Part shown: positions 1-12,909 of the stretch, piece after piece
How the letters are laid out: the number at the start of each line of letters is the position of its first letter
Numbering within the stretch: the stretch's first letter is position 1
DNA from: Vezdaea acicularis
Taxonomy: Eukaryota
Assembly: GCA_026025075.1 (NCBI GenBank)
Contig: JAPEUI010000065.1
Span: 1-64,000, forward strand
Reading direction: 5' to 3'
Length of the DNA stretch: 64,000 nt
Notes under the pieces: model-generated
Databases searched by the model: none
Told to the model about the DNA's origin: nothing
The model's input: the letters and a program-made list of their open reading frames with translations, nothing else
Made by a program: the position numbers and the translations under genes

Positions 1-1169
1 TCTGGTCCACTTCCAAGGCGACCTTCAGAACCCTCCAGAAGAAGGCCAACAATGGAAGCGCCTGAAATGCCGTACGATCAAAACAGGTCCGTGGAGCCGT
101 CTGGTACGATAGACCGGCAACCTCCAGCCACAGATGACCTTTCAAGGGTCGCCAGCAGATCAAATCCAAGAAATGACCTTCCAAAGGAGGTCTTACGCCC
201 GGTAGCATTCGCTGCCCTTGCAGATGAATACTCCGTCGGCAATCCTTATCATACCCCAACAGAATCTCAATCATCCAATGAGTCGGATTTTTCTGGCGCA
301 AAGACTGGTAGCTCAAGATCGAGCCCGCCCCTGTCAGATACGTCCTCACTGGCTCCGAGGAAGGGCTCAAAAACCGCCAACATGGACAACGTGATGAATG
401 ACCTCCAAAATTCCTTTCGAAACATACAACCCACATCTGACAGCCATTCCGGACCCAAATCCACGTTTGTGGCGCCAGAATATAATAGGTCTGCGACCTT
501 TCCTCAGCCAGAATCCCCAATGGATCCAAGCTTCCCGAGTCGGTTCGGCTCCAAAAACGCATTCAACGCTCCGTCAACAGCCTCTCCTTTGCGACAAGCG
601 CCGCAACGAGCACAGACCGTCTCGAATAAAGGATTCTGTAAAGGCTGTCAAGAGCCGATCCGAGGGAAGTCAGTCAGCTCCGCCGATGGGAGGCTGACTG
701 GCCGTTACCACAAACACTGTAAGACCCACTGCCGCTCCTTTACTCTTGAAGAGGAATTAACAGTAATAGGTTTCGTATGCAAATCGTGTAGAGCGCCCTT
801 CGAGACCGCTGAGTTCTATGTTCTCAAGGATCAGCCGTATTGCGAGCGCCATTACCACAAGCTCAACAACTCCTTATGCCAGTCATGCGATCAGGGCATT
901 GAAGGTCAATACCTAGAGACAGACAGGAAGCAAAAGTTCCATCCACGCTGTCTCTCATGTCATGTATGTTATTGCCAGCCTTTAGGTGAATAATTCCGCT
1001 TACATGTTCCCAGGATTGCCATCAGCAACTGCACGAGGATTACTTTGAACTGAATGGGAAGATTTATTGCGAACGAGACGCCTTGCGGCTAGCTCAACGA
1101 CCTACATTCCCTGGATCCGGGAGGAAAAACCCAGAGAGACGTACCACCCGCCTCATGATGATGATATAG
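1..1169 (+). CDS. PXL1: Paxillin-like LIM-domain protein, 3' part (gene starts upstream of window); introns 719-769 and 964-1013
   Basis: Spliced C-terminus has two LIM zinc fingers (CKGC...HKHCFVCKSC...YCERHY; CQSC...HPRCLSCHDC...YCERDA) ending NPERRTTRLMMMI*, the tail typical of fungal Pxl1. Both introns are GT-AG. Confidence 0.8.
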
Positions 1170-1735
1170 CGCGTTCTACTTGAAACTAAAACCTAAGATT
1201 TAACTTACATATCCCACGCTTTACTCCGATAATTCTTCCGGCGATGCTCACCTCAACTACCTCAACTTCGTCTGTCGCTGCTAAATTCTTCATTATACCC
1301 TCCATTAGAGTGGTGCTATACCGCATTATGGCGCAGTTTTCATTGTACAAACTAATATCACTATTTCTTGGATCTCCTTGTGTTGGTGCTGGCGGTGGTG
1401 TTAGGTCAAGGGAGTCTTTGTGGCATGGACGTTGTACGATATCAGGGGGAAAGGCGGCTAGGCTGTGGATCCTGCCAAGGGGGGTTCAGTGAATTTACTG
1501 AGTTATATTGCCTTCGCAATCAAAGAACCAATCTTCATGCGTTATACCACGGGCATTTTGTCAAGCCTAAAAATATTGGTCACGAGTGTTGAATCTGATC
1601 TCATGCGCAAGACGAAAATTCTTGAACTTCAACCGCTTCGCGTATCCTCATTGCGTGCCCCCACCAATGTCCCCATGCAACTATCAAACTCATGTTAGAC
1701 CACTACATGGACTTTGAAGTCTTCTGGTCGTCGCC

Positions 1736-2603
1736 ATGGCATCTGATACCATCGTAGACCTGAAGAAGTCCTTCCTACTGAACCAGCTGCGCACGCTGTC
1801 CACGCCTCTTACGCCGGGATCAGATTGGCAAGAACGCGCCCTAGAAAGTGAGGACGGGGCACTAAAGGAGCGTGTGGTTGGAGAGGCCTTGTATCGACGT
1901 GAGACCCACCCAGTGCGCTACAATCAGTTCGGCTTGCTTATAGACTTTTCCTTGGTGCTCTTGTATTACCCATTGCGCAAATGCGTAGCTCACTTGTAAA
2001 ACCACGCACAGTGAATCAAACCCTTCGCCAGCACAACAAAGCTGCATATTCGTCACAAGCGGTGCGCCATGTCGCCGAGCAGCTCGATGCGCTCTATATG
2101 GCGGATACGGAGCCCGGGCGCGGGAACGATCTAGGTGAGGCGTTGGACCGGGGGCAGGACCTCACGCTGGACAAGAACTTGGAGACGTTGCCGGATACCT
2201 GGCCGGACGATGATGTTACAGAGGGCAGGGTGGAGGAAGCGATCAGGTGCGTCATTCCCATCTAAAGTCTCTCTATACATGCTAATTGTTTCCGGGCGGT
2301 AGATACCAGGAGCTGCATCGGCAATTGATGGAGCTCTCACAGCGAAGACAAGAAGCCAAGAAGAAGCTTGTGCAGTATAAAGCGCTTCAGTCGTTGCTTG
2401 AGCCGTACAGAAATCCGAGAGAAAACGTACAGCCAAATCTGGTCACGCGAGACGGCGAGCTGGGCAAGGAATTGGAGCGAATGCGCATGCTGATGGCGCG
2501 GGTGGGAGGTCGTATAGCGGAACTTAAGGGACCTGCGCGAGGTCCGGAGGAGGCAGAGGCAAGCAGCGAGAAAAAGCTCGAAGACTTGATGGCGCTGCAG
2601 TAG
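1736..2603 (+). CDS. FTA4: Kinetochore Sim4-complex subunit Fta4-like protein; introns 1899-2011 and 2247-2302
   Basis: Three ORF-track fragments join in frame via GT-AG introns. Motifs TIVDLKKSFLLNQLRTLS, YSSQAVRHVAEQLDALY and VQPNLVTRDGELGKELERMRMLMARV match my recollection of the Fta4 family. Confidence 0.75.
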
Positions 2604-2880
2604 CTGGTCTAGGGGTGAACAATCTCAATACAACGGAGTCAAGGCTGGGATATACCCTCTATATTATTCTAAGTCAATGGAAACGCTGAACAATGGCGCG
2701 TTTGCTCTATTGCTCATTGTTGCCTAGCTGTGTCGACGATGCTGCACACAGATTTCTTGTGGTACTATGCTGAGAAACGCCCATAAGAGGCGGTTCTGAG
2801 TCTGGGAGTAGACTTGTAATAAAAATTTCGCACAGCAACGAAACCCTCTCCAACTGTCCACCATTCTTCGTCCTAACAAC

Positions 2881-4543
2881 ATGGCAGATAGAGAGCCCTT
2901 TCCAGAAATGGATGAAGCATCTGGGCCTTCAGGCTCCTCAAATTCTCTTCCAATGCCGCAAGTTACCAGAAATTGCCCGTATTGTGGGGATAGAATTCTG
3001 AGGAAGGAAGGATGCACTTTCGACAACCACCATGAGACTGACGATAACAACCTTCAAGACTACCGAGACGCGATAAACGCCGCTAAACGCCACAGGCGTT
3101 CTAGCAACAGCTCAGCGATCACCGTAATTTATGACCCAATCAAAGACTCTTATCCTCGTCTGACAAGAGGTAGGTCCAATTGTGTGTCATATCCGAGACC
3201 CTTCTTTGACCTGAAGACAGTCGAGTCACCTGTTTCTCCCATTCGAGGCCGTTTTGTCTCTCGGTCTTCCAGCTTTAGCCGATCGTCAAGCAGCAGCTCA
3301 AGAACCAGTGAGCGAACTGCAAGCGCGGCCCCCACCCACCGCCCGTTGCCACAAACGCCAGCAGCCACCAACACTCGCAAGGATTCCGACCCACTGGGCG
3401 ATTTCCGGCGGCTACCAGCTGTCCAGCAGATCCGCAGACTAGTCATCGAAGCGAATCGCGATCTCGCCGAGAAGCTGCGAGACGGAGTTTACAGCGGCGG
3501 CAGCAGCAGGCTTAGACAGCCGACAAACCCTAACGCTCTAGACATGTCCGGTCTCAACCAGTTCTTCGAAGGCAACTCCAATCCCCTCGTGCCCCGTAAC
3601 GCTCCTTCTCCAGGTCTCCAGGCGCAGGCTCAGCAGGCGAACGGCGTCAACGGTATGAACGGACAAGGCAATGGTGGGCCTGGTGGCGTGAATGGACAGC
3701 AGTTTGGACCCATGCCAGCGGGGCACCAGCTGGACCTCAATCACCTTTGGCAGCAGGTTCAGGAGCTTTCCGAGGTCTTGGGACGCAATCGAGAGCAGAC
3801 CGACTATGTGATCAGGCGCGCTGCTGAAGTTAGGGTAAGTTGAACTTTCTAGATTCTTAGCGTAATTTGGCTTGGGAAGCAATACTGACAAGCTTCTTGC
3901 AGGCTCGAGCTCAGCTACCAGGTGCAGACCCAGTGTTCAAGGAGCTCAATGGCCAGCTAGATGGTGCGTATCTTCGTCCCTAATACTCCTGATCGTATTC
4001 ACTCTAACACACATCATTACAGAATCCCTAGCAAGCCCACCGGCTCCCCTCCCCGAAGTGCTCCAGCTCCGCCGCGACAAGGAATACTACCAGTACGAGA
4101 ACGACGAGAACCTCAAACTCCTCCACAAGTACGAAGACGCCTTCGAAAAGGTAGTCTGCCAACTACGCGAATACTGCTACAACCGGCAAATGGAGACACT
4201 AGCCATCCACCGCAACTACAACGAGCAGCTCGCCCGCGAACGCGAGACGAACATGAACCTGCGCAACGAGCACGCCGAGTGGCAGGCCCGCCTCCTCAAT
4301 CTGTCCAGCCTGCTCCGAAAAGCGAAGCGCGAGCTCGAAGACGACGAGGGCGATGCGACGTACTATGCTCTTCGCGCCGAGAATGACTTCTTAAGGAAGC
4401 ATATCGGGCTCAAGACTAGTGAGGAGTACGACGCTATCGAGGCAGAGCGCAAGAAGGCTGAAGAGGCGGCAGAGGCTGAGAAGGAGAAGGCTGAACAGGC
4501 GGCGGCGGCAGCAGAGCAGCTTCGGGCCCTCTCCCTCTCCTAA
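2881..4543 (+). CDS. Coiled-coil protein resembling STRIPAK-associated SCI1/SipB (Far3/SIKE-like); introns 3835-3902 and 3964-4022; alternative start at 3544
   Basis: Exons join in frame (..AAEVR|ARAQLP..QLD|ESLASPP..). Motif PAGHQLDLNHLWQQVQELSEVLGRNRE plus a C-terminal coiled coil. Family assignment is from memory. Confidence 0.6.
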
Positions 4544-5092
4544 CTTCGGCTGAAGCTTCGACGACGCTTTCATATCTCACGTCTCTTTTTTCCCTTAATC
4601 TCGCTCTTCGGGCTCTAGCAAGGCGAACTGGTTTTCCGCGCGGGGATTCTACATTTGGTTGGAAGGGCTGATTGGCAATTGTTTCCGAGACTTTCTCCTC
4701 CACATTCTGAAAAAAAGTCGCTGGTGTGGTGGGACATTTGGCAAATTCGGGCATGAGATACCACCGGCGTAGGCGTAGCATAGCGACGGGACGCACAAGC
4801 TCTGCATCATTTCTGAAAGACCCCACCTTTTTTTTCCTCCGTAGGGCCAGCGTAGTAGAAGTAATCGAACATTTGAACCGCACTTGATTTCTCACTTCCT
4901 TGCATGTTGCGCGCGCATAGAGATTGAAGCCTAGATACATACCCAGTATTTTCCGGCCCCCAAAGCCCCCGCCCATCGCCACCCCGCCAAAGCTCTTTCC
5001 CCCCGCCTACCACAAAAAAAAAGCAGCTTTTTTATACGACCCTCCCTCTCCTCCTCCCCCCTTCCTCTCCTCCCCAAAGAAATACGCAAAAA

Positions 5093-5851
5093 ATGCCTCA
5101 CGCAACACCCTCCCTCTCCCCCCTCCTCCAGCTCCCCCCCGAGATCCGTCTATCAATCTACCGCCACCTCCTCCTCACCCCACCACACCTCCTCCTCGCC
5201 ACCTCCTCCCCGGCCATCCACGTGCACCCCTTCGCGCACCGTCTCAGCCACGGGAACTTGCACCTCAGCATCCTGCGCGTGTGCCGAAGGGTGTATGAAG
5301 AGGCCCTTCCGGTGTTATACGGCGAAAACACGTTTTTGTGCTTGCAGGTGGGGTTTTCGGTGCCGATGTTCTGGGGACTGCCGAGGGGGGGAAACTTGGG
5401 GATGGTGAGGAGGCTGAGAGTCGAGGATCGGTCGAAGCAGCCGTGGTCATTGACCAACTCCGCGAGTCCCGAGGAGCGGAGACGGTTGAAGAGGGAGATC
5501 ATGTCGGCCCTCCCTCCGGGACTGAAGGTGGACTGGTTAGAGTATTGTTGCGACAACTACCAATACGAGACCGAATACGGGATTCGCTCGCGGCTGTACC
5601 GGTTTCTGGTCGAGCGGGAGAAAGAGATGGAGAGGTTTGCTAGTGTGCTAAGAGCGTCTGGCATGGCGGGGGTAGAGGGCGGGGGAGTGGTTAGGGTTGT
5701 GAATAAAGAGGGGGAGGGCTGTGTGCGGGATTGGGAGGATGAGTGGTGGAGGAGGGATTGGAGGGCTTGTAATCAGGTTATGAGGGAAGGGGCGGTGAGG
5801 TTGGTGGGGGACGTGTTGCCGAGGGCGAGACTGGAGTTGGAACTGGATTAG
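5093..5851 (+). CDS. Fungal F-box-like (2EXR/DUF7730-type) protein
   Basis: Single-exon 252 aa ORF with SPLLQLPPEIRLSIYRHLL and SILRVCRRVYEEALPVLYGENTF motifs characteristic of this family. Confidence 0.7.
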   Translation: MPHATPSLSPLLQLPPEIRLSIYRHLLLTPPHLLLATSSPAIHVHPFAHRLSHGNLHLSILRVCRRVYEEALPVLYGENTFLCLQVGFSVPMFWGLPRGGNLGMVRRLRVEDRSKQPWSLTNSASPEERRRLKREIMSALPPGLKVDWLEYCCDNYQYETEYGIRSRLYRFLVEREKEMERFASVLRASGMAGVEGGGVVRVVNKEGEGCVRDWEDEWWRRDWRACNQVMREGAVRLVGDVLPRARLELELD

Positions 5852-6010
5852 GGGTGTGGGGGGGGGGAGGGATGGATTTTCTCTAGGCGCATGTGTACGA
5901 TGAGGACAAGCTGGTTAGGCTGCGTAGAGGAATTGTAGATATCTTTATAACTGCTAAGAAAGATACAGCCAAGATGATGCTTCGCGTGCCCACCCCCTGA
6001 GACGGCTCGC

Positions 6011-6927
6011 TCAGCCCGATTTATAGACCCGCTCGAATTGCATGCTCTTCACGTATCCGCCGCTCATGCTGCTCCGCACGTTGCGCTTGAAGCCCTCCTT
6101 GTTCGTCCGCAGATCATCCGCCGCCTCCTTGTTCAGCGGGTCTGAGGCGTTCGGGTCGAGGAACAGGAACTACGATCGTATTAGTCCGTGACCCCACACG
6201 TAGCAATTTTCTGGAGCCAACAGCGCCCCACCCAACCCCTTTTATTTTTCTTGGTCCCATAGCCCCCCTTTCCTTCAAGAGCTAGACCCCAACCCCTGGA
6301 CCGTACATATAAACGCAAAACTGACCTGCAAACCGACCAAAACCGCATTAAGATTCAACACGGGCTTCCAGTCCTCCCTCAAAATATTCAAGCAGACATT
6401 GCCCTCCAGATCGATATTCGGATGATAGATCTTCTGGGCGCACTTGACCTTCGGCGGGTCGTGCGGGTAGTTCTGGTTGATATTGAAGGAGAAGCGGAAG
6501 GAGCCGCCCTTGTACATGCCCTCGTCCGGCTCGATCGTCAGCGTGAAGTTGAGGATGTCGTCGGGGTTCGGGAAGGTCGTGTGCATCGTCGGGCCGGTGT
6601 CGAGCTCGGAGAGGTCTGGGGAGGTGGGTGGGGTTAGTTGTGGTTTATAGATAGGGGGGAAGAAGGAGGAACGGGGGGGGGGGGGTTGCTAATATGGACG
6701 AGGGAGTAACATATACCTTTCTGCACGCGCAGCTGAGCCGCCGTATTCTTCTTCTTCTTCGGGCCACTACCCTGAGCATTCTCCGCGTCCTGCTGCTCCT
6801 TCTTCTGCACACTGCATCAGCACATTCATCTCCCCCCCCCAAAACACAGCCAGACCCTCAAGGTCTTCCCCCGAGTCGTCATCATGGCGGAGGGGCAAAA
6901 ACTCACCATAGACCAGATCTTCAGCAT
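6011..6927 (-). CDS. UBC12: NEDD8-conjugating enzyme Ubc12; exons 6927-6907, 6804-6717, 6615-6326, 6169-6011
   Basis: Spliced product MLKIWSMKKEQQ...[14 protein letters not shown]...[26 protein letters not shown]...[18 protein letters not shown]2 active site with the Ubc12-specific N-terminus. GT-AG introns. Confidence 0.95.
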
Positions 6928-7695
6928 TGTGAAAATGTGTTGCTAACGCCTGGAATTACTCACAGGATGGCGAGAGTCACGGCAGAAGCTTCGGAGGTGC
7001 AGAGATGACTCGACTGCCAGATATGGGCGTGCAGGCGGCAACGGCGCGGATCTGGAAGGCTGAAGCCTCAGATGTTGACGAGGTGCGGCGTCCGGTGATT
7101 AGATAGAGGTCTGGAGCGAGGTGGGGGATTATTAATGTGCAATGTACCACGGCACTGTAAAAGGTAGACTCCCCAGTTCGCAGAGTGTAAAGGGGGCAAA
7201 TTGGGGGCACTCGTGGAGGATTCGGTGAGGCATGCTCGAAAGGTTCAGAACCTCTGTTGACTTCGCACGCCACCTTTTCGTCTCGCATGTGCTGGCGATC
7301 CCTCCGGCAAGCCAATCACAAAATAGAGCCAGTTATTCCAGAAGCTAAAGGCAGTTTACGTGGTCACTATTTGCTGATTCGCCATTCAGAGGCAAAGTGA
7401 AGTTAGTTGATAGAATAACAAGTTTTTTTTTTCCGCACGTGCTCGTGCTAAAGCCGTCGAAGCCAGCTTCTGCCTCTTTCATAGGGTACCGCTATCTTAA
7501 TACTGTCCGATCTCATGCCAGCACCAGCACACTATCTATGGCCGTCTAAGCAAAATGCAATCACATCCCTCCACCCATCCTACCCTATGACGAGATACAA
7601 GGCCCATACTCGTCGCGGAGATATCATAAACATAAAGCTAAGAGAAGCAACTCCCCGTCCAACCCCACCCAACCCATCAAACCGAAACTTTTTCT

Positions 7696-8561
7696 TCACT
7701 TCATCATCCCAATGGCCCCGCCAGGGTGATGGCTCCGGAAAACATCTCGCGTTTTTCTTCCCTCTGCAGCGTGCATCTTCTTGGCCACGGCGAGCGCGAG
7801 GGCATCCCCGAGAGCTAGCGCTACTGTCGTAGAAGTTGTAGGAGCAGGGCAGCCGAACGAGTACTCCTCGCTTTCATGGATTGGAGCCGGCAAAACGGTG
7901 CTGTTGGGCCTGTTGGCGATCAAGGGCGATGTTTCGGGGTTATTGTGCGAAGTCAAGGTGATGACAGGGATAACGTGGGGAACATGCTGCATAAGTTGAT
8001 AGAGCTCAGGGGTCCGACCGGAGAAGGTGATGAGAAGCAAAGTATCAGCCTGGAGCAACTGAGTCAGTCAAACGACTCTCGTGAATGTTATTCGGACCTT
8101 GAACTTACCGGTTTTACAATCCCCAAATCGCCATGGAGCGCCTCAATCGGGTGCAGAAATACACTAAATAGTCCCAAGCTATTCATCGTTGCCACGAGCT
8201 TGTCCGCAATTTTTCCGCTCTTGCCCACACCAGAAATAACAACCTTTCCCCCATTCCAACATGTCCGGGAGATCTGCTCGATCGCTTGCGTGAGTCCCGC
8301 TCGAGCGCTCGGATCCTGCCGATAAAGACTTGCGAGGCTGGCAAGAGCCATGGCCTCGGTTGATAGGACGTGGACGGCCGTGTCCAAGAGCTCGTCCGTC
8401 TCAACATCCGAGTCGGAAGCCGGTGGAGTGACGGGAAGCTCAGGTATCTGGTCAGTGACATGGGGAAGTATGGTCGGAAGTGACGGAGACAAGGGCGTAA
8501 GCGGGTCCTGAGGCCGCTTGGCTGGGAACACTGTGCTCATGGCGCTGGATCGGTATTCCAT
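7696..8561 (-). CDS. SIS-domain sugar-phosphate isomerase, KpsF/GutQ-like; intron ~8108-8050
   Basis: GKVVISGVGKSGKIADKLVATMNSLG, FLHPIEALHGDLG, APTTSTTVALALGDALA and FRSHHPGGAIG are KpsF/GutQ hallmarks. No CBS domains. Confidence 0.85.
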
Positions 8562-10623
8562 GACGGCGGGTGGAGATGTTCAACGGCGTTGGGAACAGTA
8601 TAGTTGTTGTATTGTAGTTCCGAGTTTTTTATAGAGAAGAGACCTTCAACACAGCCGATGAGAAGGAGGTAGCAAGAGCAGCTGACACTACAGAGCAGAG
8701 GACAGTCGCGTCGGCCGACAGCTAACGGCTCATCAGGGGAAGTCCAGCCAACATTGCTGCAAGGTGTTACCTCTGTAGCGATATGAAGGGGAGCGTCGAA
8801 GGCGTCAAGTTGGAGAAGCTTCGTCGGTGTCGAACCCTGACACATGATGTAAGTACACGTATGTGAATAATGAAGGAGGCATGGAAGTCGGTCATAAAAG
8901 AATCTCCGAGTAACCGCGAGTTTGTCTTGTTTCCCCGGGGGAAAGATCGGCTGAAGCTCACTTACCAGTGAAGCAAACACGCCTCTGTAAAGAGCTCACA
9001 CAGACGGGACAGTGAAGGCAGAGCTCTAGATAGCTATGGAGACGAGGATGACGTTTCTCCGATAATCTAACCCGTGTGGAGAAGTGGACGAGAGGGTGGA
9101 AACAAAGTTCACGAGCACGCGCTGCGGCTCTGGGGAGGCGGAGAAAAGTTCTGGAAGTGATGACGCCAACGAGAGGGCAGCGGCGACGGCCCTGACAGAT
9201 AAAGCGCCCACCAGGCCTGGCCAGGCTGTCTAGCGGCGGGATTAATAATAGTAGCTCTCATGATGGCCCTCGAACGCAGTCATCGACTGGGCACAGGAGG
9301 GAGAATGGAAGAGTCCTCTGCAGCCGGCGATAGTGGGGCCGAAGCTTTGATGGGTGAAAGGGGGAGGATGCCCTACCGTGGGCTCCGGCGGACTACGGGT
9401 TGAGCCGGGGCAGGACGGACACGGACGGGGGGCGCGCGCATCGCCCAATACACCCTAAGACATGGCAGCAGCATTGGCCGCCTTCGTAAGGCCACCGCGC
9501 CGGCATTCGAGGATGGCGCAATCTATCAAAGAGGGCGATGGACGCAGCGAGGGACCGACAATCAACAATCAATCGGTCGAGGGGTTGAGTCGAGTCTACG
9601 CCGCTCGGCTACTATCATAGCGTAGCACCAGCGATGGGGCGAAGGATGCCGAACCGTGTTCGTCGAGCCAGCACCGTTTCCAAGAGCTTCCAGAACGCAT
9701 TTCACCGCAGACGTCGCGCCAGCAATTCGGCGACATTGCTGATCGCGCTCGAGATATCCACCGCCGCCACAATCGGAGGCGTCGAGTCCGGCGCCAGGCG
9801 GAGAAAGGCGGTGAGGTTGCGCGGCGCGGTGGTGGGGCTACGGGCGGCCTTCGAGCGGTCATCGATAGTCCATCGGGATCTGACATCGACGCGACCCAGC
9901 GCGGCCGCCCCGGAAAAACAAAGGAAAGCTTGGCGTTCGCCGCGAACAATCGCCGTCTTTATCTCAACCGTCGTCGGCATAACAGATGCTGACTGCAGCC
10001 ACCGCGTTTCATTCTTGAACGCCGCATACGGTGCACGCATGAAACCGCCGCCGAGGCATCACTTGACATTGATTTGCTAATGAGATAAAAGCCATGGGCA
10101 CGGTGAATCAGCCATGTCCTGCCGAGCTGGACATTCGCTGCCCGCTTCATCCACATCGTAGAGGGGCCATACGCTCAAGTCCGAGCAGAGAGTTAGAACA
10201 TCGAATAAAACAAAACAAAGTCACAGCTTCTGTCCAGCATCAATGCGCTGCTCGTGAACCAATTGTCCGAGCTTCAAAGGCCACGTGTGTTTCAACCTAA
10301 AAGATGGTTTTTTTGTCTATCTCACCGTGTTCGTCTGGCAATCAGGGAAGAGCCGTGCAGATGGTATATAACGCAAGCACAGATCGCAACACCTTCAACA
10401 AACTGATTCACGCCCGAGGACTGACCATGTTTGGCACAACGTCGAGATTGGATTAAGCCGTCCAAGCCGTTCCAATCTCTGGCCCCAAGACGATTCGATA
10501 CCGGCATGCGTATCGTGCTTCAATTTGTCTGACGCGAATTCGAAGGATGCCAAAGGTTGACTCGAAACAAAAACGACCGCCAGGAAGGAAAAAAGGGGAG
10601 AGAACCGCAGTGTCGGGCGTATA

Positions 10624-11649
10624 TCATTGTATGGACGGCGGAGGGGTTCCTTGATGGAATTCCTCTTGGGTCGTCCCGTTCGTGATCTTCGTATGCTTTA
10701 CCCCGTTCGTCCCCTCCGCCGCCTGTGAGGCCACTTCTTTGGGTGCGGCTTCACTTCCAGCCTTGCTTCGACTACGACTCCATTCTCCGCTCATTCTCTT
10801 CACCATCGCGCCCACGTCGAGACTCCTTCTCCGCGATGGAGGAATGGCACTTGCCACGGCCGTGGGTTCTCGCGAGCGGCCTCTATCCTCCCCATCGCTA
10901 GCCGTCGCCGGGTCCAAGCCCAGTACTACGCGTACGTCCGGGATTCCTGCATGGTCTCGCGTGTGACGCATACGATGGCACCAAATGACCTTGTAGTCCT
11001 CGAAGAGAAACTCTCCTCCAATCTGCTTGATATCCCCGCTTTTCAACGCGCCTCGACCACTCTTAAGGCCATAGATGAAAGACTGCACGGCCGACGTGAC
11101 CAAAGACTTCTTGACGTAGTCGGGTTTCGGGCCCAAGTTGAGTGTCCGTGTCATCCCAAGAGCGTCATAGAGCTTACGAGAGGGTTCTGCGTATATTGGG
11201 AACGCGCATCCAACCTCCTTCTGGTACATGGCAATCACATCCGGTGAGCCGCAGCCCATGATGACGAGTCTCGTTGGTTGGGGAAGGGCTGCAACAGCCT
11301 CAGGAGTGATAGAGTTGCCCAACTCTCGAAGGTAATCCTGGCAGTTCTAATCAAGAGACAGGTTAGTTGTGATGCTTCGCCAGCGATATATACCTCGTCT
11401 TGTCACACGCACCCCGCACATAAAGTGCCTGATGAAAATCACCATAACCCTCTTGTTCCCCTCACCAGTGAAGAGCTCCCTGAATGGGCGCGACTTGCCA
11501 TCAGGAGTGAAGACGAGTATCTCGCCAGCCTGCTTCAAGGTTTCTTCTGAGGGTAAGTCGTTTGTGACTGCTATTTCTCCGTGGACATCTGATGTTGTTG
11601 GGGCCTCCTCGTGCGGTTGCGGCCCACTCAGATTTTGTGCCTCACTCAT
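10624..11649 (-). CDS. AhpC/TSA-like (peroxiredoxin-like, thioredoxin fold) protein; intron 11412-11347
   Basis: Spliced motif VIFIRHFMCG|NCQDYL (CxxC), plus LYDALGM, QIGGEFLF and WCHRMRHTRDH. Confidence 0.85.
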
Positions 11650-12909
11650 TATGGCGAAATAACACTGCAGTGGAGCGGAGGTTAGGACTTAGAAGAGAAG
11701 CTATTCCAATCACAATTGAAGTGATTGAGCATACGTTGCGGGTCTTACAGAGCTATTTCTATTATGGATGAGGTCTCGTTAGAGTATGCAAGAGTTTTCC
11801 TGTTTTTAATAGGCTCGAAACGAAGATCCAAAGGACAATAAGGTCCAGTTGCTACCGTATTTAAAAACCTGGGGGTTCTGCGATTTCTAAGGTGTTTTCG
11901 AGAAACCGTGTTCGTGAGACGTGGTGATAAATAGTCAGGCTAGACGGGAAAGCGCCATCCTGAACTGCTGCGGCAGCACGAGCTTCCCGTCCTCGAGCCA
12001 TGGGGGAACTGACAACAGTGATCGCTTTGGTCTAGCGGGGCGCTGTTTTAGCGAAGCTGGTCAACATTTTCAGTCATGTGGCGCCGCGCTTATCCCTTTC
12101 GAGGAGCCTCCGCACTGCTGGAAACAGCATCGGGCGCAAAGTCATCCTGGTTAGCACGTCCCATTGCAGCGAAGTCACCATCTACATGGAGGCAGGATCA
12201 ACGATCCGTAGATCATCCCGAACGGATATGAGACTGTAGTCGTCCAATTCGCCGGAATCCGTAGATCGTCCATAACGCCGGACCAGTTTCATCGCCGGAC
12301 CCCCCTCCACGGCGTTGGCGAGGATTCACTCGAGTGCAATAAGGATTTCGCATGATTATTACTCAGCTGGGCTCTATGGCTTGCAAGGATCTATGCAATG
12401 CATCGCTGCTTCTCGTCGAAGATGAAACGACGGTCACAAAATTGAGGGGCCCAGGCGTGTGCAGAGAGAAAAGCAAGGGAGCAAAAAGAGTGTCCTACCA
12501 ACCCTACTTTAGGTGCAACGGATCCGTTACCGATTGGACCACATCATCATTCCCCCCCTCAATTACGCACGCTCTATACCCCAATTACCAAACTCTTCCA
12601 TGGCAAATATGCTCCTCCGATAGCAAGTAGCAAGGGCGTCTTGCAAGATGCATAGCGCTGGTGCGCGCCCTACAACCCTGTGTTTGGGCAAGATCGGCGA
12701 CTGCATTGGGTCAGCCGCACGTCAAATGGATAGCTTGATAACTGTGGGCGCAGATCGTTCCCGGTGCCGATCGCTCAACCTCATCATGATCCTCCTTCTA
12801 CGCCGATGCAACGTCGGGTCGGCGGATTGTGGGAGTGCGACATGAGCATATCTCGGAGCACCAGTAAGATGAGTATGATGGAGGGTATCGTGCGTGCAGC
12901 CCATACGCA

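Noticed and set aside
8705..8740. Hammerhead-like CTGATGA-GCCG...CGGC on the minus strand
   Set aside because: The stem is followed by CGAC rather than the required GAAA, and I found no stems I/III.
9242..10507. ORF-track ORFs in GC-rich intergenic DNA (also 18-22 kb, 44.6-46.2 kb, 63-64 kb)
   Set aside because: Arg/Ser/Pro-rich translations overlapping on both strands, with no domains or splice-consistent gene models.
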